DNA of 64,000 nucleotides from Epiperipatus broadwayi (taxonomy: Eukaryota; Animalia; Onychophora), in assembly GCA_028023455.1 (NCBI GenBank), contig JAQFVV010000004.1:17484001-17548000 (forward strand), read 5' to 3'. The number at the start of each line of letters is the position of its first letter. Positions within the stretch are counted from its first letter, which is position 1. The notes under the pieces were generated by a model. The model searched no databases. It was not told the origin of the DNA and saw only the letters and a program-made list of their open reading frames with translations. Positions 53,978 to 64,000 of this stretch are shown here, in pieces. Made by a program: the position numbers and the translations under genes.

Positions 53978-54830
53978 AACATTTAAACCAGAATAGGAAT
54001 ACATTTGTTTAAAATATCTTTATTCAAGCTAAGCCCTTTTGATACTTCAGCTACCATAATCATAGCTTTATAAATTAATCTTGCTAATTTTGTTTTTATA
54101 TGTACTTGCTTGTTGCTTGTAAAATTTACATAAAGTTAAATTTCTTATTTTTATACAAATTTATGTAAATGTTGTTAGAAAGGCTATTTTTTTAGATAAA
54201 GAGATGTTTGCCTTTTTTATTTATAGTGTATTTGTCTTTGGCTATAGTTTATGCCTCCTTTCAGTGCACACAATATTCACTTTGGAGAGATCAAATTCAT
54301 AGCCTGACTGCAACTCGTGCTCTAAAAATATTGAAGAGTACTTATTGCTTCTTTTTGTCCTGTTATATAAGTAGTTGTGTTGGGTCAACCTTGTGGACAT
54401 GTTTACTCTTGTTTTCCCATAATATGTATTTAAGCAATTGATATTTTTGCACAAACAACAAGAAAGTACATATAATCATATATATATTGCTTATAACACT
54501 ATTCATATACACGTTAATGCAACAAATTTTCTTAAAAACTTCCTTATTTTCTTACAGTTTCGACTGTCCAGCAGTTTTCATCAGAGCTCTATCTTCTTCA
54601 CTGCCTATTTGTTGCATTAACGTGTATATAAATAGTGTTATAAGCAATATATATGATTATATGAAGATATGCAAAGAAAGTCAAGGAGACGAATAAGAGA
54701 AAGTACATATAAAAACAAAATTAGCAAGATTAATTCATAAAGCTATGATTATGATACCTGAAGTACCGAAAGCACTTAGCTTGAATAAAGATATTTTAAA
54801 CAAATGTATGCCTGCTCTGGTTTAAATACT
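53978..54830. mobile_element. Composite PLE insertion: GIY-YIG C-terminus plus 3'UTR on - (53978-54460), inverted 3' tail on + (54706-54830), family B element at the junction
   Basis: CKNINCLNTYYGKT...RLTQH...EHELQSGYEFD endonuclease remnant. 53978-54105 is the reverse complement of 54706-54830. Confidence 0.8.
54476..54697 (-). mobile_element. Family B hammerhead element with 15-bp TSD; HHR at 54551-54586
   Basis: AGAAAGTACATATAA at 54461-54475 and 54698-54712. Inverted arms of about 55 bp surround CTGATGA-A AACTG ctgga CAGTC-GAAA-CTG-T-A. Confidence 0.75.
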
Positions 54831-55280
54831 TTTGTTTCTTGCTGGTGTAATAAGAACTGAGTTTATTTCTAAACTAATTATATATTAGAAATATGCAATT
54901 TAATCCTTTGCCAAAGATAAAAATATTATTCAGATGAAATATTCATTAAATTCATATTTTTAAAAAAAAAACAATATAATAATAACATATAAATAAATGT
55001 GAATATATTTCATTACTACTATGAATTATTGTAAGAAATAGAGTCTTAAATGTCCAGATATTCACAAAAATAGTAAAATTTTAAATTCCAGTTAATAAAT
55101 TGCTTGATATATTTTGTAAATTTAAAATCTATGTTTTTTTTTTTAAAAAAAATCAAGCAAAAGTAATTAATCCTATTAGTTACCACTAATAAAAAGTTGA
55201 TAAAAGCTGGTATAATCAATCATTACGGCCAGTTTCATGGAATATGATGTAATGGTCAATAATGGAATAACTCCATTCCA

Positions 55281-55345
55281 GGGCTTTGTAAAGAATGGGT
55301 CATGATCCCATATGGGTTGTTTAATTACATTTGGGGGTCACAAAA
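55281..55345 (+). mobile_element. CpG-decayed hAT-MITE-like left end
   Basis: CAGGGCT...TGGGTCATGATCCC..TGGGTTG...GGGGGTCAC resembles the GGGTCGCGACCC subterminal motifs of hAT MITEs. Confidence 0.35.
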
Positions 55346-57362
55346 ATTTTTAGCAAAATTAAAAAATTTCTGGACATGCAATGACCACAAAAAAAAACCA
55401 GCTTGTAACACTACACATATAGTATGTCTGTGAGTTTATGATAGTGAAAGAGCGCTTGTGCCACTCTTACGAACTGTGATTGGTCACCCTTAACTGTTTA
55501 ATCTATGCATTCTGTTGTCAACTCTGCTTGATCACTTGAAACTATTGCATGTCCTGAATTACAGTGTTTTATTGTAAAATTGTCCTACTTTTATTCCTTG
55601 ACAAGAAAGTATAAAATTAACAGACCCTTAAGTGATAAAAGTAAGATCCGTGCATAAGACTCTGCACAATATATTAAAAAATTGAATTACTTTATTTTTA
55701 ATGCTGATATACCTGTTGGGATCTTTTCACCAGATAGCAATTGATCATTTTAAAGTTCTGTGCCTATTGAAGTAATGTATATTAAATCAATATAGACATT
55801 CTCTTGATAGAAATAAAATGAGAAATCTTTCAATCTGAATTTATCGCTTATGAAAAAATTGCTTACTTAAATAAATATACAATTATATATACAGATATTA
55901 ATACCATAGAAATATATAAACAGATATTAATAATATATTATCTTTTTCATGGCAATTTTGAATATATCTGCAATACATTTGTATGAAAAAATTGATTAAT
56001 TAGTGAAATTGCTGGCTTTCATTAAAAATCTTTACAAAATTCCATTTATTAGAATCTCACGAATGACTCTTACCATAGAAAATATAAAATTTAATATACA
56101 ATATAATAACTTTTTAATCTTGTAGCTTTTATCTTTATGATGCTATAAAATAAAATTAATGAACCTTTAATTCCGTAAACTACCAGATTAAACTCATACA
56201 GCAAAGGTGGAGCATACATACTATATAAGATTGGTAATAAGATATGAGATTATTTTATAAAAAAAGAAAATAAGTAAAAAAAAAAAAGCATAGATAGTGG
56301 CTTGCAAATATATATGAGAAGTTATGATATTGCAAAACTAAAGGAAAAAAAAATATTCATGTTAATTTGATTAATGTTATCATGCAAAGATTGTCATGCA
56401 TTATGCCTAAAGCAATGATTTTCTTTCAAATATATTACTTTTTAATAAATATGAAGCTTTTAAAAATAATGAACATATAAATTCAAAATGAGTAACTTAA
56501 ATAATTATATATAAATATGTAAATTTATTTTTGACTGTTATAATAATACGTAATAAATTTAAGCTACAATATTTCAAAGAATGTTAGCATTTTTTCAGTT
56601 AATAAAAATGGAGTGATTTTTAACTATAACACTTGTGATATTAATTTGTGCAGAACTATCTCCCCAAGATACAAAAGGTTATATGATACTCTTATGTACT
56701 ATATACTTTTATTTGTTGATTCATTAAATTATTTCTCCTGCTAATATCTTTTTCTTTCTTGTCATACTCTTTTTTGTATAAAATGTTTATATTGCTGAAT
56801 CAATAATAGAAAATATGGTAAATATATTATAACCTTACAATTAATTTTTGCAAAAAAAAAAAAAAAAAAGAAGATTAACCATATATAATAAAATTGCTTC
56901 ATTTGATTTTACCAAATTATACAGTTCTATTAATGGAAAAAAATATTGTAAGGACCTTACAATTTATCAATGAAACCATTACATTATTACTACACAGACA
57001 AATACTGATTGATGGAATAACATATATTTATCAAAAATTTATAATTCAACTTTATTCTGTTATGAAAAAATAATTATGCAAATATAACAATGAAAACATT
57101 AAAATATACACAAGATATGTAGATGATCTGTCAGAAATGTGCAATAATGTGTTGTAACTAAATTAATTAAATAATGTAAAATGAACTGAGGAAATAACAG
57201 ATCATTAAAATATTAGAACTCAATTAGACTGTAAAATGTACATAAAAACAATAGAATAAAAAGAATCTATTCATCTTATGCCAATATGGAAGAACTGATA
57301 AACTTTTTACAAAGAAATGAGAAATTGTGCAACTATAATAATGATAGAAATAAAAATGAAAC

Positions 57363-60300
57363 TGCTATGTTTAGAAATAAACAAAGAATATTGTAAGCAA
57401 ACTAAATAATATTTATGTGAGTTAAATAATGTAAAAAAAAAGTTATATATTTTATTAAAATAAAATATTTCAGGTAAGATAAGTTTGTGATTAGACATTT
57501 TTGTTAGTAGAAAATATTTGTGATTAATTAAAGAACTAGATAAATTTAGAGATCAATTAAGTTGATTATAATTAAAAGTTTGTTCCTGTTCCAGAAATAG
57601 AAATAATTAGATTGTTAATCTGAAACTAGAAATTTACATGGTATGTAAAAATAATTAAAAAAATTATAGTATTGCTATCTTGGAATAATCAGGAACAGGA
57701 TAAAAAAAAAACAATTTAAGAAAAAATATATAAGCAAGGATATGTGTACACACACTGACATCATAGGAGTTACATCATGTTGTAAACTATGGACAACTGC
57801 AAGACTAAAATTTGAGTGTACAAGAGGACAATGAAGTATCCAGTAAATTCCACCAATAAAGATTCCAAAGTGGTCCTAGAGACTCTTACAGATCATATCG
57901 ACCTTATTATTATTTTGTAAGTCTCTATGGCCATGTATATAAAAGTATTATTTTAATATTACTTTTTATATTGTATCCTGCTAACCAAATAAACATCAGT
58001 TATTAGTTAATCAAACTCCTTATGTAATAATTATTTCTGCTTGTCTATTCACTTTTACCATGTCTGCAGTACTCGTGGTGGTAGTACATAGCTGAAAATT
58101 GGTGCAGTCAGTGACAGGATTGGATTCAAATTGTATTTTGAAACTGTGGTAGCAGGTGATAAGTTCCAATATCATATCTACAAACTGCAGTAATTGGTAA
58201 TAGATTTCAAGCTCATAATTAGAAAACTGGCTCAGTTAATCAGTCTAAGAGGAAGTTAACTAGTGAAAGAATTAAGTAATTTTTTTTTTATTTAGTTGCA
58301 ACATTGGATATTAGAGTAATAAAATGATATCTGTGCCACAAGTGACAATAAATGAGTTTAATGTAAACAAAATTATTTTGATTGGTCAATTTATCTTAAG
58401 AAGAAAGAACAACTTTTTTTTTTATAAATGGAACTTCTAATGACCCTATTAAAATTGATACTTTGGTATATTATGCTGGACAAAATGTAATCAAAATCAC
58501 AAATCTGTTACGTGACCATGAGAAGCCAGAAAAGTTACCATATGCAATAGTAGTGGAAAAGTTAAATAATTATTTAGCATGGCTACATTTTAGAAATATA
58601 GATGGCAAGAGGGAAAGATTATATGATTAGGATCAGGCATTGAAAAAGTTGTGAATATGAAGAAGCTCTCAAGGACATTCTGCTTAAACAATTACTTTGG
58701 TAGATGTCCGATGATAGGTTTAGCAGTTGTTAGCCTTTAGAGATTTAACTTGTAAGGAGGTAATTAAAATGGGATTAGCCCATAAAATTGTATTATACCA
58801 ATAGAAAGAATTCTGAAATTTTGGTAATAATATGATAATAGTGCATTCATAAAGAAGACTGAAAGTAAAAATCAGTCTGTTAAAGGTAATTTGAAAGAGT
58901 TACTTTGCTATTGTTGTAGGAAGAAAGGTCACATTGTGCAAAAATGTAAATGGATTAAGAAGCATTGCAGAGTCTGTGGCATTGTAGACCATTTAGAAAG
59001 AGGATATAGATCTAAGGGGAAAAAAAAGAATGCAAAGCTTATCCACCTTTCTTAAATGAAATAATAAAAAATATGAAATTAAAAATACCAGGATGGAATA
59101 AAATAAAGCATGAGGATGCACTTTTGAGAGTTCCAATTAAGATAGAATTAGAAAAAAACGAATAAATCATTGATTATATAAATGGCTGGAATATTGAAAT
59201 AATAGATAGCAACAGGTAACAAACTGAAAAAAAGTTGATAAAGAATATAAAATGCTAAATAAATGGATCAATAGAGGAGCCTAACTGTTGCCATGAACTA
59301 CTTCATAAATCTATATGGAATGTTAGAAAATAACTGTCTATAAATAAAGGAAATGCGTTAATGGACAATGGAGTGTTAATACCCATTACCAGGTTTTACA
59401 ACTGATTCACAAGTTCATCTCGGCATAGTATGCGCTAAAGCACTCACCCATAGTTATATGATGCCCTGGTATCAATAACAAAATAGAACATTTTGTCAAA
59501 ATCTTGTGATGAATGCCAAGTGACCACAAATGTTCTAGAAAAAAAATATATAGCCTGGTCACTGGCAAAAAATCCTTGGAGCCATGTTCATATTGATCAT
59601 GCTGGATTGTTCCATGGGTACATTTTCTTGCTGGTAATTTAGGCATACTCAAAATGAATTGCGCATAGAACTATGAAGAACACCAGTACCAAAGAAACAA
59701 TTGAAGCCCATTCCATGGTTTTCTCAGTATGATGATGTCAGATAATGACATTAGTTTTATATCCAATAGATTCGAGAAAATTTCTTAAAGAATAAACTAT
59801 TAGACATATCTGCACACCTCCATACCATTAGGAGTTGAATGGTATTGCAAAAAAAGCAATGCTAACATTAAAATAAATATTACAAAAAAAAAAAAAGGGA
59901 CTGCAAATATTCAAGAAACTTTGTATAAAGTTCTTCTATATCAGCACATCATGCCTTTGACTAGTACTGGTAAATCCTCAGCTGAGATGATGTTTGGGTG
60001 AAAAATTTACACAAAACTGGCATTAATTTTCCTAGGAGAAAATTTTGAGTTGGACCCAAACAATGCTGTGGAAAATTGCTATGCTGTGGGAGGAAATGTT
60101 TAGACTAGAGATGTCATTGGAAAATAATGAATGGAAGATGTAATTAAATAACACTTATCCAGGTAAATTGCAATCATTAAAACTGAAACAGAAAAAATGT
60201 ATGCAACAACACATAAATCATGTCAGGCAATTTAGAGAAAAAATTGCCCAAACTGGAGGTAGTGTTATACCGGATATTCCAAACTGTCCAAAAAAACCTG

Positions 60301-61138
60301 AAACAACGTAAAATAAACAAAGAGCACAACAAATAGGAAAATAATATGACCGGAAATGACACACATTTATATAAATCATGAAGAACCAGGATAGAACTTA
60401 ATAATTTAAAAGACTACATTAGACCCCAGAGAACCCCTAATTTCTGAAGTGGAGGAAATTGTACTATAGATAAAGAATATTGTAAGTGAACTAAATAATA
60501 TTTATGTGAATTAAATAATGTAAAAATAAAAAGTTATATATTTTATTAATAAATAAAATATTTCAGATAAGATAAATTTGTGTTTAGATATTTTCATTAG
60601 TAGAAAATATTTGTGATTAATTAAAGAACTAGATATATTTAAAGATCAATTAAGCTGATGATAATTAAGAGTTGTTCCTGTTCCAGAAATAGAAATAGCA
60701 TTATAAATAATTAAATTGTTAAGCTGAAAATTAGAAATTTCCATGTTATGTGAGGTAATTAAAAAAATTATAGAGTTGCTAACTGAGAATAATGTGGAAC
60801 AGGATAAAAGAACAACTTAAAAATAAATATGTATGCAGGGACTCACATTGTGAGAGTGGCATCATATTGTGAACTAAGGACAACTGCAAGGCTGAAGTTC
60901 AAATAAGAAAACAATGGAGTACCCTGTGAATTCTACTGCTAAAGAAAGTTCCGAAGTGATCTAAAGACCCTTACATATCACATTAAGCCTCTATGGCTGC
61001 AAATAACTGTTATTTTAATATTACTTAAATGTCAGTTATTAATATTAATCAAATTCCTCAAGTAATAATTATTTCTGTTAATACATTCACCTTTACCTCG
61101 ACTGCTAGTACTTATAGTGGCAATACAGGGCAGAAACA
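57363..61138 (+). mobile_element. Old Ty3/Gypsy LTR retrotransposon: gag and integrase remnants, no recognisable protease/RT/RNaseH; antisense within a virilizer intron
   Basis: Diverged LTRs at about 57363-58098 and 60460-61138. PPT GAAGTGGAGGAAA. PBS-like TGGTGCAGTCAGTGACAGGAT (58100-58120, tRNA-Ser-like). CYCCRKKGHIVQKC; HKVHLG..WPGI..SCDEC, HVHIDHAG, SDN, PPYH..NGIA. No TSD recovered. Confidence 0.85.
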
Positions 61139-61689
61139 ATAACAAAGGTTAAATATAAAATTAAAAATAAATTTATAAAAAATCTCTTTTAACGTAGAAG
61201 GCAATACCCCAAAAATAAATATGTTTAGAATAATTCAATATAACAAGTAATTAATTACAAAAATGGATAATCAAACTGTGAAAAATAAAAAGAGACTCCA
61301 CAAAAGATTTTTGATAAGCATTAACTCATACTACAAAATAATAAAATGAAATGATATGCAGTATGATTAAACCACTTTAATATATAAAAATTATAATGAA
61401 TTTAATTTCAATTTCATAAATAAAAATATTACACATGAAGAAAGAAAGAAAAGTTAAAAAAATAAGCAATTTTTATTAACAAAAGAAACAGTTTAATGAA
61501 TCAACAAAATACTAATACAAAAATGTATAGAGCATCATTTGCATCTTGGGAGTAATACTAATTAATATCATAAATGTTAATATTTAAAAATATCTATATT
61601 TCAAATTACTAATATGCTAAAACTAATTGCGTTACGGTGAAACTTTTAAGTTTATTAATTAGTAGGCTTTTTTATCTATTCTATCTTTT

Positions 61690-61734
61690 AGACTTAGTGC
61701 TTTCAGAACCCTTGCAGCTCCATATTCATAGTCT
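61690..61734 (-). ncRNA. Variant hammerhead-like motif (A3-U8 core) in the PLE 3' UTR
   Basis: AGACT-ATGAATA-T-GGAGC tgcaagg GTTCT-GAAA-GCAC-T-A^AGTCT. A homologous fold occurs at 54740-54782 (+) and 54026-54068 (-). Confidence 0.6.
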
Positions 61735-61774
61735 TTTTCATATTGTTAACTATATGCAAATGCATGCAAATCGC

Positions 61775-62755
61775 TTATATCATCAATTTTTTCGAAATCG
61801 CGAAGCACGTGTCCTTTCTGTTTATTGCTCTGGCATTGCTGGTGATGAAACATGCTTCTTTGACCTTCCTCTTGACATTCTTTCTTTCTGTGCATACGAT
61901 GTCGGCCTTAGAGGGCTCAAATTTGTGGTTGTGTTCCTGCTGATGGTCAGCAAATACTGAGCTGCCTTCTTTTTTGGTTGTAGCTCTTGTGTATACATAT
62001 TTATGCTGAGCCAGTCTATTGCCCACTGTGGCCTGAGTTTCCCCATAATAAACTGAATCACAACCTGTCTGCAGTCACACAATTCTATAAACTACATGGG
62101 GGGTTTCTTCGATATTTCTTTTGTCTTTAGTATTGTTGATCAGCCTATTGGTGTTTGGAGGGGTTCTGAATCCGAGTTTGAATTCCTTCTGTAATATTTT
62201 ACTGAAGTTTTTTGCCACTACAGGTATGTAGGGTATAGTCAGATGTTGTCTTTCTTCTTTTGTGTTCTCTTGCAGTCTTTTATAAAAGCTTTCAATCCTG
62301 TTGGTTATTGTTCTATAATCAAAACCCACGCTTATTAAGTCCCTGATGTAGCTGGTGATGTTGTTTTTCTTGTCTGACTCTAATTTACATAGGTGGTGAT
62401 TGTGAAATAAGAAGGCAGACAGCCCTGTGAGTTTGTGTGATTTAGAGGATTTTGAGAGAGGATGGAGACAACCTCTAACTTGTAAGGGTTTGATTATCAT
62501 AGAATAATTAAATGCCACATTCTCTCTATTGATTTTCAAATCAAGATACCTGACCATGTTTTGCTCATCTTCATATGTACAATTAAACATAAGGTTAGAA
62601 AGAATGTGGAGTTCATGTAAAATCTCTTTAGTTGAGTTTTCCGGTGCTGCCATGAATATATCGTCCAAATATCTACTATAAATTATGTTTGGTGCTGCTC
62701 TCTGGAACTTTGGAAGCACCTGTTGTTCAAAATGATCCAGCACGATGCTGGACAC
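61775..62755 (-). pseudogene. PLE RT C-terminal half plus GIY-YIG endonuclease; single frame with one internal TGA (62075-62077)
   Basis: SRYLDDIF (RT), YLDLKI, TIPYIP, VVYRIV*LQTGCDSVYYGET..RLAQH, HQQEHNHKF, RKVKEACFI. The two listed ORFs 62075-62755 and 61775-62026 are in the same frame. Confidence 0.9.
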
Positions 62756-62867
62756 AATCCCATTCAGTTTTATTATAGGAAGAGTGTATTAAATTTTTTA
62801 TATATTTATACATGCACATATATATATATATATAATGGTAAAACATTAACCATACCCTTTGTTTTAC

Positions 62868-63049
62868 TTTAGGATTGCGTTTTAAAGCTGGCTGAGAAGG
62901 AGGTGGATGATGATGCTCCATTGCTTGAAAATCATCAACATGCATAGATGGTGGTCGACTGGTATTTGGTGGGCGGGAGCGAAATGGATCATTAGATCTG
63001 TTGGAATGAGAGACAGTGTGGCTAAATCCCCTACCTCTCATATTAACAG
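62868..63049 (-). CDS. vir: Virilizer/VIRMA C-terminal region exon (VNMRGRGFSHTVSHSNRSNDPFRSRPPNTSRPPSMHVDDFQAMEHHHPPPSQPALKRNPK); upstream exons lie outside the window
   Basis: FRSRPPNTSRPPSMHVDDF is the conserved virilizer/KIAA1429 C-terminal motif. tttgtag acceptor, gtaaaa donor. Confidence 0.9.
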
Positions 63050-63315
63050 CTACAAAAAAAAAAAAAGCATTATTATAAATATTGCTTAATACTAAAAATG
63101 TTAATAATTATGAATAAATAAATATCTACTTCAATATTTTAGAGATCAATAATATAATTTTATAATAAGGTCAAAGAATGCTCATTAGTAAGATAGATAG
63201 ATGGTTTCCATCATCATATTATTTATGAACCTAAAAACTTAAACAGATTACAAAACAAAAAAAATGCCATTTACATAATCATTAAAAATTAATATCAACT
63301 TTCCACGCTATCACA

Positions 63316-64000
63316 CACATGTTGAAAAGATAAATAATGACCAATATACATATATCATGCTAAACCAGCACTTGTATTATCATCTCCACATATTTATACA
63401 ATCAATGCTCAGCTTATATTAAGATAGCCAATCTTCATACTTTAATGGACAGGCTTCAATCCATTCCACCCCACAACTCTTCAGCCATCCATTTCATTGA
63501 AAATCTGATGATGGAATGCTCAAAGCCTTCATTGGTGCCAACTTTCTCATCCTATTCATGTTGACTGTAAGTCACTCTGACCCCTCATGCACAGGACATA
63601 ATCCATTTACATAAATGAGGGATGGCCCCTCCTACTCATGTTGACCACAAGTCACTCTGACCCCTCATGTACAGGACATAATCAATTTACATAAATGATG
63701 GATGGCCCCATCCCTCATTTATGTAAATGGATTATGTCCTGTACATGAGGGGTCAGAGTGACTTATGGTCAACATGAGTAGGATGAGAAAGTTGGCACCA
63801 ATGAAGGCTTTGAGCATTCCATCATTGGATTTTCAATGAAATGGATGGCTGAAAAGTTGTGGGGTGGAGTGGATTGAAGCCTATCCATTAAAGTATGAAG
63901 ATTGGCTATCTTAATATAAGCTGAGCATTGATTATATAAATGTGTGATGATAATCTGGACCAACTGACAAGTGCTGGTTTAGCATATTGGTGATTATTTA
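63316..64000. mobile_element. Large family C foldback (arms of about 290 bp, runs off the window) with an 80-bp tandem duplication at its centre; HHRs decayed
   Basis: About 63316-63628 is the reverse complement of about 63710-64000. 63548-63628 is repeated at 63629-63708. The outer ends match 945-1020 and 1070-1140. Confidence 0.88.

Larger units (their letters stand above)
61628..62765 (-). mobile_element. Young 5'-truncated Penelope-like element (family E), C-terminal endonuclease type
   Basis: RT, thumb and GIY-YIG in one frame, followed by a 3' UTR of about 150 nt with a variant hammerhead and a fixed 3' end shared with 51477. Confidence 0.92.

Noticed and set aside
61628-61775. SECIS element in the PLE 3' UTR (ATGA...AA...GA patterns)
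   Set aside because: The required 11-12 bp helix II does not form in either register. The hammerhead-like fold explains the same bases better.
62727-63041. Reading the listed 104-aa ORF as one protein
   Set aside because: Only 63049-62868 is exon. The ORF runs on through the donor into intron and the PLE 5' junction.
1022-64000. Most short ORFs in the supplied track (e.g. 1022-1249, 9702-9923, 22781-22978, 27853-28050, 48917-49301, 63769-63963)
   Set aside because: Low-complexity I/K/F/N/Y-rich translations of AT-rich or repeat DNA, or antisense to TE/host frames. No motifs or splice support.

Overview
AT-rich, CpG-depleted animal genomic DNA. It is an intron-rich invertebrate, probably an arthropod; the taxon cannot be fixed from sequence alone. 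Two spliced host genes converge tail-to-tail. On +, the last four coding exons of a Rab22/Rab31-type GTPase run 1867-25343 and end KKCC*. On -, the last five coding exons of virilizer/VIRMA (m6A writer complex) run 63049 to 39710 and end GRHTRSFTR*. Introns and the intergenic gap are filled with transposon relics: two RT-less Ty3/Gypsy elements, a 2.1-kb solo-LTR-like unit, RTE-type LINE fragments, Tc1/mariner, Merlin-like and hAT remnants, and a young 5'-truncated Penelope-like element (PLE; RT + GIY-YIG). The main result is a PLE/hammerhead-ribozyme (HHR) system with about 20 minimal type-I hammerhead motifs from at least five families (labelled A-E here). Family A forms a tandem 448-nt one-HHR-per-monomer array (retrozyme-like). 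Families A, B and C insert with 11-15 bp target-site duplications, mostly as tail-out foldbacks. The coding PLE carries a hammerhead-like fold whose core C3-G8 pair is replaced by A3-U8, with covarying stems. All coordinates and alignments were read by eye and no searches were run. Ribozyme activity is predicted, not shown.
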